DNA from: a virus
Taxonomy: Duplodnaviria; Caudoviricetes
Strand: one strand, 5' to 3'
Virus record (IMG/VR): IMGVR_UViG_3300020036_001974
Location: 1 to 64,000 of that record
DNA: 64,000 bases
Below, one piece after another: positions 19,601 through 28,944 of the stretch. The translations under genes were made by a program, and so were the position numbers. The notes under the pieces were generated by a model, which saw only the letters and a program-made list of their open reading frames with translations, was not told the origin of the DNA and searched no databases. Position 1 is the first letter of the stretch. Every line of letters begins with the position of its first letter.

Positions 19601-21793
19601 AATATTGATAAGCCCCGGCAAGTAATGCTTCGGCAGATTCTTGCTGAATACATGGTGGAATACAGCGAAGTTGAAACCACCGATCAGGAGGGTATAGACA
19701 GAGCCAACGCCAACTTAGAAACAGAGTTACGTTCGATGCTTGCCAAACATCCAGACACCGGTGAATATGTTTATCCATTTGCAGAGATTGCACAAGATGT
19801 ATTTGGTAAGTTCCTGTCTCAGGATTTCAAAACTAAACAAGAGGTTATTGATTTTGCCAAGAGTATAGATCCTGCTTCTACAGAGTATACTTTGAAACTG
19901 ATAGAGTTCTATAACAGACCTGAGATAAGAGAGAAGGCTTTAGAGTTATCAAAGGTACAGGGCGATAATACCTTCCGGGAGGATATGAAGAATGTACTTC
20001 CTATCCGATTTAAAGGAGCAGTAGAGCCTTCTGTAGACGATGTTGTTGCTAAACACAGAGCAGGTGCTAATATTAACATTCCAGATGCAAGTTCAATTAA
20101 GTACAGAAATCGGGTTTGGAAGGAAGGTACCTACCGAAGGATAGACCAGACAGCGGTTCTTATAGAAACCCTTTTTGCTATTAACAACAAGTACCATACC
20201 GAGTACGGCACAAGAGTATTACTTAACCTGCTTAAAGAGGATACTAAGAATAACTACAAGTTGACGGGTAGTGAGGATGCTCATAACGTACTTGAGACCT
20301 ACTTCACTGAGATGATGTTATCCCATAGAAACGGTACATTAAACGAAGGGGTTCAGAAGGCATTAAATAAGATTATAAATATCACCACAACTGGTTTGTT
20401 AACTGGTCCAAGTAAACTTGCACTACAGTATTTCCCAATGATGGTTAACTCATTGTTGAGATTAGCTACATCTGGTAAAGATCCGAGTCTTGCTTTTGGT
20501 AATGGTGAGGGTAGTGAGACCTTCTTAGAAGGCACTCCTGTAGGAATGAGACTTGAACAGATGGCCGGACTCGCACTCGGTACTGATATAGATAGTACCA
20601 GTAAGAGAGCCATGAAGTCCATCAATGATAAGGATAACGCTCTTATTGAGGCAGGTCGCACTGGTGTTGATTTAGTAGATCAGGCTTCTTCTTTCTTAAA
20701 GAAATATATGTTCGGTGCTGCTGAAGCCTTTGGTGCCAAGCAGATATTCTTGGGTAATTATCTTAACAACCTTAAGAGTAATGGAGTAGATGTTTCAAAG
20801 CGTAACACCCCTGAGTTTTGGCAGAATGAGAAGCAGTTACTTGAATCAGGAGATCCTATTCGTAACGAGGCTTTTCAGGCAGCGGATCAAGAGGTTTCAA
20901 CAGTTGCCCTACCTTCAATGAACGCTGAGAAGTCTATTGCTACCAAGAACCCGGATAGTAATATAATGAGGATAGTATTCCCATTACTTCGCTACCAACT
21001 TGCATTTAAGATTCGTCTTATGCAGAATATTGGTAATATGGCAACTGGTAAAAACAAAGCAGAAGGTGCCAGAGGGTTAGCTGGTAACACACTTGAAGCA
21101 GCCACTTATATATCTTCACTTACATTTCTAATTGCTCCATTACTCGACAAAGCTGCTTCTGAAGTTGCCGAGATGTTTGGGTTTAGTTTACCTGAAGATG
21201 ATGAAGAAGATAAGAAGAAAAAGAAAGAAAGGAAGTTTGCAACTGGTGTTATAAACGAACTTACCCCTCTTCCTTTAATAGGAGGAACTCAGGAATTAAT
21301 GTATCCTCTATATAATGAATTGGCCTACCGTCTTACTAAAGAAGAAGGTCAGACATTTGAAGAATGGACAGATGATGGATTAAAGGGTTTACCTTGGAAC
21401 ACATATGATAAGACCTTCATGGAAAGCCTAGGTTTGATCTCTACAGAATATAAGAACATAGACGAGTTTATAGAAGCCTATAGACTTGATGAAGAGAATA
21501 ACGTTCTTGTTGCTGATACAGGGTATGGTGAAAAGAAGATTGAATTATCAGATGAACAACTCGCCTATTTCAAGCTAAGAATGTATATCAAGGGTCTCCA
21601 GTTGCTAGGGTTAACCCCCGCTGACGTAAGAGCAGTTGATGATAGAATCTATAGAGGAATAATTAAAGGTTCCTCTTCAACAGGAGGTTCTTCTGTTCCA
21701 GCATTTAGCCCGGGCATGAGTTCTCCTGCAATGTTTCCACCTCCTAATTTAATCCAACCTAGATTTACACCACCTAATTTACAAAGAAAATGA
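16634..21793 (+). CDS. Large internal virion/ejection protein (1719 aa)
   Basis: Pro-rich N-terminus, Gly/Ala hydrophobic region, long helical body; no RNAP catalytic motif recognised. Confidence 0.6.
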   Translation: MPQQVIPPPPPPPKKGVNSTIPPPPPGKPLPPTPQEAKILGEFNPWVKQRQAELEASAPKLYTQKEVDDYNTKINQQFQQEQEQKFAEISKKYTLPLPTTQEPAGQPALDERSIFGVLPIIGDAIHYGGKAVERGFYQGQQAEIINPYNTEGSINRTDIEDLSRYQQEINSRQPSPYFKKATEADSFLGSLSAFAERPLTTMAELIGQSMSAMATHGATRIAGGAAIGAGVGLTGLGVGAVPGAATGALAAVPDVSLNLEYSGKILQTLSESGVDTTNPEQIIQAFSDPVKVSELRNNAFKKAVPIAIFDALSAGIAGKFLKGAITKGGSKLAAGGKELAVQMGTGGAGELSGELVSGEKISPGAILSEMVGEIGGGAIETAVGASQVDNITDNVLDPVLKETVDSEANSVVANIINQTDAVQKPSTEGVDVRQQTPVSEKVSEVNTEEPTVTKESKVEDPQLTSLKEEYNKATDAFFADPTDPALADKVKQLHQQIKDTEIEKSTAKEPFQDQIKILNDKNGVVDDEFTNAARIVIDSIQNEDQRQNAVKLFNIAIRTQNKNDVSNFVKALEESKGLKTTTIRETTLTKKLRDAWRQGITLGRKDEKAARVGLITNIKELLKEADLPKRTYKAIINKIGSVNLKNEESIRKVQDYVEKVVGDAKVAEQFDVIENLQESVRKFIGKLPNSQKKYVRQLVNADPVKIKDLPAYIKLMTDISRNISGVKADKVKVTEDNFEDLKAQYPELEQSDIGHSVVVDVAEPGPAVEEGRIKEGYKTVTKDTEDYKSQQNIDYLESEDFGDLDQEIRDVINDKKSLTEVKESNRKKIIDAVIEMISNRINKATPPKGETQSRTYNDIKNNLKNLDKLPIDELKTLLRGVDQGLVNGIWVDAFGPSTHLAAIDALSKIPKMDITKGRGKWKYTYMNSALFLEDIYNSFKDKIAKFRANSGWGSFVVGKAKSLFSNNKYSKEVNDILKKIEKKYNLSRGNIDKPRQVMLRQILAEYMVEYSEVETTDQEGIDRANANLETELRSMLAKHPDTGEYVYPFAEIAQDVFGKFLSQDFKTKQEVIDFAKSIDPASTEYTLKLIEFYNRPEIREKALELSKVQGDNTFREDMKNVLPIRFKGAVEPSVDDVVAKHRAGANINIPDASSIKYRNRVWKEGTYRRIDQTAVLIETLFAINNKYHTEYGTRVLLNLLKEDTKNNYKLTGSEDAHNVLETYFTEMMLSHRNGTLNEGVQKALNKIINITTTGLLTGPSKLALQYFPMMVNSLLRLATSGKDPSLAFGNGEGSETFLEGTPVGMRLEQMAGLALGTDIDSTSKRAMKSINDKDNALIEAGRTGVDLVDQASSFLKKYMFGAAEAFGAKQIFLGNYLNNLKSNGVDVSKRNTPEFWQNEKQLLESGDPIRNEAFQAADQEVSTVALPSMNAEKSIATKNPDSNIMRIVFPLLRYQLAFKIRLMQNIGNMATGKNKAEGARGLAGNTLEAATYISSLTFLIAPLLDKAASEVAEMFGFSLPEDDEEDKKKKKERKFATGVINELTPLPLIGGTQELMYPLYNELAYRLTKEEGQTFEEWTDDGLKGLPWNTYDKTFMESLGLISTEYKNIDEFIEAYRLDEENNVLVADTGYGEKKIELSDEQLAYFKLRMYIKGLQLLGLTPADVRAVDDRIYRGIIKGSSSTGGSSVPAFSPGMSSPAMFPPPNLIQPRFTPPNLQRK

Positions 21794-22401
21794 CAAAGTA
21801 TTTAATCCTTATTATCGTGGTTTTAGCCATTGCTGGTAGTATATTCTTTAACAGGTGGCTCGTTCTAAGGGAACAGAATAAGCAAATCACTCAGTATGCT
21901 ATCCAGAAGAGTATGGAGGTTGAGTACTATAAGTTAGAGAACGGCCAATTAGTTGCTACCAAAGACGCTGCCATACTTGACCTAAAGACAGTAAAGAAGC
22001 TATCTGAAGATAAAGATCTACAGTGGATTAAACAGTTTGAAGGAATTAAGAAGAACCTCAGGAACTTAGAAACAGCTACTCAGATCAATACCGAGACGAT
22101 TGTTTCTATGAAAGGGAATATTACCGACACAGTAGTAGTTGTAGATAGTACCGAACACAAGGCTTTCAGCTTTGATAACTCTGATAAATGGATGGAGGTT
22201 AAAGGAGTTGTTATTCCTGATCTAAAAACAGTCGATACGTTTGTTAAGGTACAAGTCCCTATTGAGGGAGTAATGTTTTGGAAACGTAAGAAAGTTCTTG
22301 GATTGAGAATAGGTGGTAAGGAGTGGAGTAGTGAGTTTACATCTCCTAATCCGTATACCAAGATAACAAATCTTAATCAGATTTTAATTAAGCGCAGGTA
22401 G
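21790..22401 (+). CDS. Spanin-like (Rz-type) protein
   Basis: N-terminal TM helix, coiled coil, beta-rich C-terminus; last gene of the late operon. Confidence 0.55.
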   Translation: MTKYLILIIVVLAIAGSIFFNRWLVLREQNKQITQYAIQKSMEVEYYKLENGQLVATKDAAILDLKTVKKLSEDKDLQWIKQFEGIKKNLRNLETATQINTETIVSMKGNITDTVVVVDSTEHKAFSFDNSDKWMEVKGVVIPDLKTVDTFVKVQVPIEGVMFWKRKKVLGLRIGGKEWSSEFTSPNPYTKITNLNQILIKRR

Positions 22402-22580
22402 TCTGAGAAGGACAGAACTTCGTAATCGCTTCCTTTATTTGATGATTCATCTGCTATCCACCATGTTATACCACATGCTGTAGTTATTGTATTATCATTT
22501 ATTGATTCTATCCTTGTAATAACGTCTCCTTTTTCATAAATATCGTATAATTTAACCATGTCTCCTATCTTCATTATCAA
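22377..22580 (-). CDS. Tagged microprotein (KIGD type)
   Basis: Ends SFSDYLRLIKI; overlaps the spanin-like gene tail-to-tail. Confidence 0.7.
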   Translation of the reverse strand: MIMKIGDMVKLYDIYEKGDVITRIESINDNTITTACGITWWIADESSNKGSDYEVLSFSDYLRLIKI

Positions 22581-22676
22581 ATAGATTTAGCATAATAAGA
22601 ACAATAATACAAATAGTAAATACCGTAGCCATGTTGGGTCTTGTTTTCTTGTTTGTTTTAGTAATCTTAGCAGTAT

Positions 22677-22708
22677 ATACCGCCTACCTCCGGGGAAGTA
22701 GGCGGTAT
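22677..22708. terminator. Strong hairpin, probable terminator
   Basis: ATACCGCCTAC/GTAGGCGGTAT, 11-bp stem, intergenic. Confidence 0.6.
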
Positions 22709-22716
22709 GATGATGA

Positions 22717-22926
22717 CTAGGATATAATCTTAGAGGCTTTCGTATCCTCCTTGATAAAGGCTAAGTATTTATTAGCCCCGTCTACCACTTGCTCAAAAGT
22801 GAACACTCCGCTTCCTCCCTTTTCCAAAGAAGCTAAAGACAGTTGTAAAAGATTCATACGTAACTCTAAGTTACGATCTCTCATGTGTTGTTCGATGATT
22901 TGTGCGTTCTGTTTTGCTTGATCCAT
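22717..22926 (-). CDS. Hypothetical protein
   Basis: ORF track. Confidence 0.55.
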   Translation of the reverse strand: MDQAKQNAQIIEQHMRDRNLELRMNLLQLSLASLEKGGSGVFTFEQVVDGANKYLAFIKEDTKASKIIS

Positions 22927-22948
22927 TTTGTTTATTGTTTAGTTAAAT

Positions 22949-23344
22949 TTAAGCATTAGAATATCTTAGTTCTTGTTTTAAAGTAGAAATAGTTTGCCGG
23001 GATTGTTCAATAACAACATTGACCTGAGACATTAATAAGGATAACTTTTTATACATAGAATCAGAATCCATATGATCCTTATACAACCCTTTAAACGTGT
23101 CCTTGGCCAAGTTCTCAGCCTTACCTACCGGCAGAGCAGAAGTAGATATAAACCCACTTAAAGAGGATTTATACATGTACTCGGTGGTGTTCTTACGTTC
23201 ATACCACTCCCCTACCAAGGAGGCCAAGTAGTAAGAATTAATAGATAATCTCTCTGTTATCTGGGTTTTACTACCAATATCATTAGTGTTATTGGTACTC
23301 TTCAGTAGAGAAATGTCTTTCTCAATCTCTTCGATTATTTGCAT
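22949..23344 (-). CDS. Hypothetical helical protein
   Basis: ORF track; starts MQI inside the upstream LCK* junction. Confidence 0.6.
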   Translation of the reverse strand: MQIIEEIEKDISLLKSTNNTNDIGSKTQITERLSINSYYLASLVGEWYERKNTTEYMYKSSLSGFISTSALPVGKAENLAKDTFKGLYKDHMDSDSMYKKLSLLMSQVNVVIEQSRQTISTLKQELRYSNA

Positions 23345-23571
23345 AATTTTAAATATTTATTAAATGAAATCTCCTGCCACCTCCAAATATTACCATTAAT
23401 TGGTAAAGTACCCAAATTACTACCAATAGTCCAATTCATAACCTCAGAAAACGCAGTTGGTTTGGTTAATCTAATACAATCTTGATAATATAGATCAATA
23501 CATCTTTCACCTATTATAATTTCACCAATTCCTCCCTCATTACTGTCGTGTATACACTTAAATATCGCCAT
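23335..23571 (-). CDS. Tagged microprotein
   Basis: Ends SFNKYLKLCK. Confidence 0.75.
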   Translation of the reverse strand: MAIFKCIHDSNEGGIGEIIIGERCIDLYYQDCIRLTKPTAFSEVMNWTIGSNLGTLPINGNIWRWQEISFNKYLKLCK

Positions 23572-25348
23572 ATAGATCTGTTTTCTTGTTAAACATCTTT
23601 ATAATCTTGTTACACTCCGATATATAATACCGGGTATCTATATCATAAGGCCCTTCTTTCCACTCGTTAAACATGGTTACCTTACGCTTAACGTGTACAT
23701 TTCCATCTGTTTTATCAGTCTTTTTACGCAATACATCCCCTGATCTGGATATGTAATAACGTAAATGCTTCTGCAAAGGTTGCTCAATTACCATACCATT
23801 TTCAACTTTTCTTAGATAAAATTTACCTTTCTTAGCACGTTGCCCTATTAGGAACGGACTTATATCTTTGGTATCACAAATTGTGACCTCAACAGGTGTA
23901 CCTTTTAGGAAGAACTCTTTCAGGGCCATAGGCACAATCAACTGACTGTTATCCTTACCTAACTCCGGCTTACAGATAAACACCCCTTTTTCCTTAATAC
24001 CACCGTCTGTTTTAACAGCAAGATAGTTATTTATATCCCTTACAATCAACTTTGAGTAGGTAGAATGTTCCAGTTTAAGGTTAAACAGATCTTCCCACCA
24101 AGAGCAAATCTGGTGATATTTAACCCGGTCTATCATCTCAACCTCTATACCATCTGTATTGGCAAGAATTATCTTACAAGCCCCTTCTAAAGTCAGCCTC
24201 TCACATAACATAGCCAGTAGTAACTGACCGTTAATGGTAATCTTATAGAACATCATCGGATCATAGAAAGGGGAATACTCAGAGTTACTCTTACCAAAGG
24301 TTCCATTCTGAGCCAGTTTTAAGGCTTCATTCTCTGGTGTGCCCTTCTTATAAGTCTTTCTTTCAATCGCAATTTGTTTGTATACCTCTGTAAACGCCTC
24401 ACCGAAGTGAGCGGGTGCAAATTTACGAGAAACAGCGAGGGAAGGGTAAAAACCAGTAACATCACAGGAATCAACATCACTGTAGACAGCAGTTCCCCGG
24501 CAAGCATGGATACCGCCCAAACCAAAAAAGTACTCAACACCGTTGAAGTTACAAGAATAGTCCACTTCCTGATCGTTTGAAGTAACCACCGTAGCTTTAA
24601 ATTTGTCATATATTTCTTTAAATTCAGGTGAGGAAAACGATACCTCCGGTAGTATACAATCGGCTATTTTTACTTCTCTTCGTGGAGTTCTGCACTTCTT
24701 AAGTGAGTCGATAGATATTCCTATTTTATCACTGAGCATTTTAAGGATAATATATTCCCCTATTTTAGGGTCGTTGAAGTTACCCATATCAGTACCATAC
24801 TTCTCACCTAACTGTTTCCTCATTTTAATCTTAGGGAAGGTTAGTTCGTATAGCTTATAGGTAGCCATTACATCGTTAAGGTTATATTTAAGAACCTCGT
24901 CTATCTGGTCTTTAGTAATCTTATCCGAATGATGTATAGGCATATCCATTACATTCTCAAAACCCATATTAATCTGTAGCCATTTCAAAGAACAGAATTT
25001 AGACAAATTATCGAAATGATGGATTTTCATTAAATCCCGCTGCTTCCATCTCACTTCTACATACTCATTTCTCTCAGCCGTAATGCGCTTCTGTGCTACT
25101 TTGTAGATCTTGTTTTCAATCTTATCAACATCCCAGTTATCGTAGAAGAATTGAAGAATAGGAGTATCAAAGTCTATACAATTAAAACCCACAAGACTAA
25201 TGTCCTTAGAAATAAAGTCGTACAATAGCTTACGGTCGTCCCGGTCTTTATGAATAGCAAATTGAGATACCTTCTTAGTTGTAGGATTATAGAAAGTAAC
25301 GGTAAAGCAATTCTTAATAGTTTCAATGTCATATATCTCTATTTGCAT
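23558..25348 (-). CDS. polB: Family B DNA polymerase with 3'-5' exonuclease
   Basis: ExoI YDIET; motif A DVTGFYPS; motif B KLAQNGTFGK; motif C NTDG. Confidence 0.9.
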   Translation of the reverse strand: MQIEIYDIETIKNCFTVTFYNPTTKKVSQFAIHKDRDDRKLLYDFISKDISLVGFNCIDFDTPILQFFYDNWDVDKIENKIYKVAQKRITAERNEYVEVRWKQRDLMKIHHFDNLSKFCSLKWLQINMGFENVMDMPIHHSDKITKDQIDEVLKYNLNDVMATYKLYELTFPKIKMRKQLGEKYGTDMGNFNDPKIGEYIILKMLSDKIGISIDSLKKCRTPRREVKIADCILPEVSFSSPEFKEIYDKFKATVVTSNDQEVDYSCNFNGVEYFFGLGGIHACRGTAVYSDVDSCDVTGFYPSLAVSRKFAPAHFGEAFTEVYKQIAIERKTYKKGTPENEALKLAQNGTFGKSNSEYSPFYDPMMFYKITINGQLLLAMLCERLTLEGACKIILANTDGIEVEMIDRVKYHQICSWWEDLFNLKLEHSTYSKLIVRDINNYLAVKTDGGIKEKGVFICKPELGKDNSQLIVPMALKEFFLKGTPVEVTICDTKDISPFLIGQRAKKGKFYLRKVENGMVIEQPLQKHLRYYISRSGDVLRKKTDKTDGNVHVKRKVTMFNEWKEGPYDIDTRYYISECNKIIKMFNKKTDLYGDI

Positions 25349-25560
25349 AATTTCTCTAGGTATCCGTTAAAGTCAATTCGTGTATAATCAGAAAAATAGA
25401 AGCTGCTTATGTTTAATTCTACCCCTCTCTTAGTAAATCCTACAAATATCTTACCATTTGAATCTGTCCAATAATAGGTAACTATTTTATTATTAATCTT
25501 AAGAACATGGAGAATATCTCCATACTCATCTCGATACTTACCAACTTTAAGTTTACTCAT
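25339..25560 (-). CDS. Tagged microprotein (YYWTD type)
   Basis: Ends DFNGYLEKLCK; paralogue of 33642-33875. Confidence 0.75.
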   Translation of the reverse strand: MSKLKVGKYRDEYGDILHVLKINNKIVTYYWTDSNGKIFVGFTKRGVELNISSFYFSDYTRIDFNGYLEKLCK

Positions 25561-25796
25561 AGCAGTTTCAAATAATCGTTAAAATTCTTAACATATATCC
25601 AAGTCTTTGTTCTTAGGTAATACTCAACATCTTTCTTTAAATAAGTTGTTCTGCTGTAGCCTCCTTTTATATTCCACTCAATTACTACTCTCTCAATACC
25701 ATTCCTCCTTAATATATCACCTGTTGTATACTGTATATCATAAGAATCATTCTTAACAGTAAACTTTCTGCCGATTTGTATCATAATTATTTGCAT
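25557..25796 (-). CDS. Tagged microprotein
   Basis: Ends NFNDYLKLL. Confidence 0.75.
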   Translation of the reverse strand: MQIIMIQIGRKFTVKNDSYDIQYTTGDILRRNGIERVVIEWNIKGGYSRTTYLKKDVEYYLRTKTWIYVKNFNDYLKLL

Positions 25797-25918
25797 AACT
25801 TTAAATTATCCCAAGATCTAAAATCTCCTTTTCCATATCTAGCAGTATCTACCCAATATACAGGTAATCCGCAGTACTTACAAGGAAGAGGTGAATTGAT
25901 TGTAGGTTTCGCTATCAT
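25787..25918 (-). CDS. Zn-ribbon microprotein with a degenerate tag (not in track)
   Basis: Manual translation MIAKPTINSPLPCKYCGLPVYWVDTARYGKGDFRSWDNLKLCK*. Confidence 0.55.
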   Translation of the reverse strand: MIAKPTINSPLPCKYCGLPVYWVDTARYGKGDFRSWDNLKLCK

Positions 25919-26231
25919 AAGTTTTCATTATTTCTAAACAGTGTTCCCAGTTCTTAAGAGATTTAAAATCCCCTTTATACCCTTCTATTTTAGAGTTGCA
26001 AGAGTGGCAAGCAGGGAAGTACATAACCGGGTTCCATATTAACTCAGTACGTCCTAGTTCTTTCAACCTAGCTTTAGGGATTATATGAGCAGATCCTTGG
26101 GCTTGTTTACCACATCCCATACAATAAGGCTTAGGATTAAAGGTATAAGTTTCTTTATAACTATCAGATAGTTTCTTTTGTATAGTAGCCTCAGATACCT
26201 TACTACCATCTGAACATTTATAGTAGTTCAT
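25878..26231 (-). CDS. NinG/HNH-like nuclease
   Basis: CMGCG....SAHIIPK ... CHSCN. Confidence 0.65.
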   Translation of the reverse strand: MNYYKCSDGSKVSEATIQKKLSDSYKETYTFNPKPYCMGCGKQAQGSAHIIPKARLKELGRTELIWNPVMYFPACHSCNSKIEGYKGDFKSLKNWEHCLEIMKTYDSETYNQFTSSL

Positions 26232-26416
26232 AGTTTCTTTAAGTATTCACTAAAAGCAACACCCTTGATATTAGAGTCATCGGCAACATATTGTTTATTG
26301 TAGAAAGAATACCACTTACTATTATAAGATACTTCACTTATCTTATATATCTCGTTTTCATTGAAGAAACTCATATATTGCTTCATAATAACAACATCTC
26401 CTACTTTATATTTCAT
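26228..26416 (-). CDS. Tagged microprotein (MKYKVGD type)
   Basis: Ends AFSEYLKKL. Confidence 0.75.
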   Translation of the reverse strand: MKYKVGDVVIMKQYMSFFNENEIYKISEVSYNSKWYSFYNKQYVADDSNIKGVAFSEYLKKL

Positions 26417-26616
26417 AATAACTTTAGATAATAGTTAAATGCTGAACCTTTTTCTTCCCAATTACCCCCACTCCATGTACCTATTTTACCAACCGGGTAA
26501 TAATGAGTGTTATAAGTATTCTTTATTAACATGTGTTTGTTACTAGACATGATTAATATCTCCATATCACAAAGACCTTCGTCATAAATATAATAAATAT
26601 ATCCAATCTTTTTCAT
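26413..26616 (-). CDS. Tagged microprotein
   Basis: Ends AFNYYLKLL. Confidence 0.75.
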   Translation of the reverse strand: MKKIGYIYYIYDEGLCDMEILIMSSNKHMLIKNTYNTHYYPVGKIGTWSGGNWEEKGSAFNYYLKLL

Positions 26617-28631
26617 ACATTAAAATGGTTTCTCCAGAATTGTTCTTCTTTATATAAACTCATATACTCATCACCAAACGCCATGCTCTCACTCCAGAAC
26701 CGGAATCGGCTAATATCACAGTTAATAAGATAATCCCTAACCTGCCCTTCTCTGTTCTTAACAACCCTAAGCATTGCCTTGTTCATTGCAGGTACTTCCA
26801 TACCAGTATCTGGGTGTTTGAGTAGTTCTTTCCTACGGTATTCAGGACGGTCAAGGATGATAAGTGTATCAGAGTTCTGTTCTATAGATTGTGAATCAGA
26901 TAGGTCAGTAACATCGGGGTATTCTTTAGTATCCGCAGTACGGTTAATCTGGGCTAATAGAAAACAAGAAAGACCAGTCTCATTAGCATGTTGCTTAAGG
27001 GTTTGAAGGAAGTTAGCTAGGTCATAAGTCTTATTACCATACTTAGCATTACCCTGAACCATCCCTACATAGTCTAATACCATTACAGGCTGGATCTTAA
27101 TACCTTCCATTTTCTCTTTCTTAGCTACCCCGGCTAACCATTCTAAGTTGGTCTTAATGATTGTTTCAATGTTGGTAGAGTATTGGTGGTAGGATATTGG
27201 AAACTTAGCTGCTTCAGCGTATGCTTTGTTAATCTCGGTACGGATGGCTTGAGGGAGTATCCTTGAGTACCGTAGTTCTGGTAGAGTAATTCCTACTTTC
27301 CAGCAAACATAACGATCTGCTAAAAAGGAAGCCTCCATTTCCCAAGAATAGATTAATAACTCACTACGTTTACCCTCTACTACTTTACCTGCTACCTCAC
27401 TCATTTGAGTTACAAGCCCTGTGTTATGGGTTACTGTAAAATCTTCTAAAAAGAATCTCTTATCATCGTTCTCTAGTTGAAAACCATAATAATTACCAAT
27501 ACCTATAGACTCTACAGAAATACCTGTCTTTGTTTTATCTATTCTAGTACTAGATGTTAGTAATTTCTTACGAGGTATTACTAATGGGAGAGTATTAAGA
27601 TCGTTACCAGAGATCACAGTTCTGTAATACACAGTACCGTTGACTACCTTCTCAGTAAGGTATCCTCTATACCCAAGAGAGTTTGACAGGTAAACAATAT
27701 CGCTGGCTAACTGACGATTTACTTGTACAATTTCGTAGGAATTAGATGCCATGTAGCCGTCTGTATCTAGTAATCCTGCTAATAATTGTTTTCTTTGATT
27801 TACAGAAGATGTTAAGTATTTATGTGGAATATGTTTGTTGGAATAAACATTAATATCCTTTAATACATCTGTAAAATACTTACCAGATGTATTTCTTCCG
27901 GTTATTGTTATTTCCTCGCAAGTTTTTCTATCATAGCGATTTATACCCCATCCTTCTTTATCTGTAATATCCTTTAAAGCATTGAATAATTCAATATCTG
28001 GTTTAAATATAGAAGCCTTATTATGACCACCGTCCCCTAACCATACTCCTAATAAATAAGGGTCTAACTCCAATATAACCTCGGGTTTAATCATTGTAGA
28101 TTTATAACCCTTATGAGAGAGCTTCCACTTATTTGTTTTTGTTAAATATTCATTTAGTGGAATATTAACAATCCCGCCTTTTACCCCATGTATTCCGTTT
28201 GTTATTTCCTTTCTTATCTTATTTCTATAATAAGCAGAGCCGGATGACTTTAAACTAAGAACATGAACAGAGTTAACAATATAATCAATCGCTCTGTTTT
28301 GTTTTATCTTAAACATTTCATCCTGTCCCTTACAAACAGAGACTACTTTATTAGGTCTACCATCTACACCCAATAGTAATTCTCCCGGTAAAATATCCTG
28401 CACTTCTTTAAAAGTACCATCAAACAGTATAACCTTAGTCCCGTAACCAAGGCACTTACCCTGACCACTACGGGCTGCAAGGGTTGTTACCTTACTAGGC
28501 ACATGACCACCGGTTATCATATTCAACTCATGAACCCCCATAGGAGTCCCGTATAACCCTATTTCCCTTGTAAGATTCGAGTGATACCTTTTATAAGATT
28601 TTTCAACGGCTGATCTTTGTTCAATAAGCAT
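26613..28631 (-). CDS. dnaB: DnaB-like replicative helicase with an intein
   Basis: AARSGQGK|T Walker A, YSWEM, LDYVG, LAQINR, DLSDSQSIEQNSD, VVKNREG. Confidence 0.9.
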   Translation of the reverse strand: MLIEQRSAVEKSYKRYHSNLTREIGLYGTPMGVHELNMITGGHVPSKVTTLAARSGQGKCLGYGTKVILFDGTFKEVQDILPGELLLGVDGRPNKVVSVCKGQDEMFKIKQNRAIDYIVNSVHVLSLKSSGSAYYRNKIRKEITNGIHGVKGGIVNIPLNEYLTKTNKWKLSHKGYKSTMIKPEVILELDPYLLGVWLGDGGHNKASIFKPDIELFNALKDITDKEGWGINRYDRKTCEEITITGRNTSGKYFTDVLKDINVYSNKHIPHKYLTSSVNQRKQLLAGLLDTDGYMASNSYEIVQVNRQLASDIVYLSNSLGYRGYLTEKVVNGTVYYRTVISGNDLNTLPLVIPRKKLLTSSTRIDKTKTGISVESIGIGNYYGFQLENDDKRFFLEDFTVTHNTGLVTQMSEVAGKVVEGKRSELLIYSWEMEASFLADRYVCWKVGITLPELRYSRILPQAIRTEINKAYAEAAKFPISYHQYSTNIETIIKTNLEWLAGVAKKEKMEGIKIQPVMVLDYVGMVQGNAKYGNKTYDLANFLQTLKQHANETGLSCFLLAQINRTADTKEYPDVTDLSDSQSIEQNSDTLIILDRPEYRRKELLKHPDTGMEVPAMNKAMLRVVKNREGQVRDYLINCDISRFRFWSESMAFGDEYMSLYKEEQFWRNHFNV
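27423..28454 (-). mobile_element. Intein with LAGLIDADG homing endonuclease (344 aa), in the helicase P-loop
   Basis: Starts CLGYGT after GK; ends VTHN before Thr; LLGVWLGDG and LLAGLLDTDG. Confidence 0.92.
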
Positions 28632-28810
28632 AAATATGTTTTAAATGTAACTAATTCAACATTATTATTTTCTACCCACTTAATTCCTCTCTTAGTTTCT
28701 ATCACAACACCAGCACCATTAGGTTTAGTAATATAGACTATTTTACCTACTATACCCTTCTCAATCCAAGGAGTGCTAATAATGGTTACAACTCTATCCC
28801 CCGCTTTCAT
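28559..28810 (-). CDS. Tagged microprotein (KAGD type)
   Basis: TFKTYLCLL overlaps the helicase ATG, followed by a 22-aa extension. Confidence 0.7.
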   Translation of the reverse strand: MKAGDRVVTIISTPWIEKGIVGKIVYITKPNGAGVVIETKRGIKWVENNNVELVTFKTYLCLLNKDQPLKNLIKGITRILQGK

Positions 28811-28944
28811 CGTATATTAGGTTTAAATGCTTTAACAGGTGCGTGTCTCTGGCGTAACCTATCTGCTACGCTATCGTTCTGGTGCTTACTTACTTTAGAT
28901 GAAGCACAACCGGATAGAAGGATGAGGAGTAGAAGGTATTTCAT
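28807..28944 (-). CDS. Small lipoprotein (not in track)
   Basis: MKYLLLLILLSGCASSK..., lipobox LSGC; ATGA-coupled to the next gene. Confidence 0.6.
   Translation of the reverse strand: MKYLLLLILLSGCASSKVSKHQNDSVADRLRQRHAPVKAFKPNIR

Noticed and set aside
386-20661. Antisense track ORFs inside virion genes (e.g. 386-622, 13587-13847, 17254-17607)
   Set aside because: They are shadows of well-supported + strand genes, with no independent motifs
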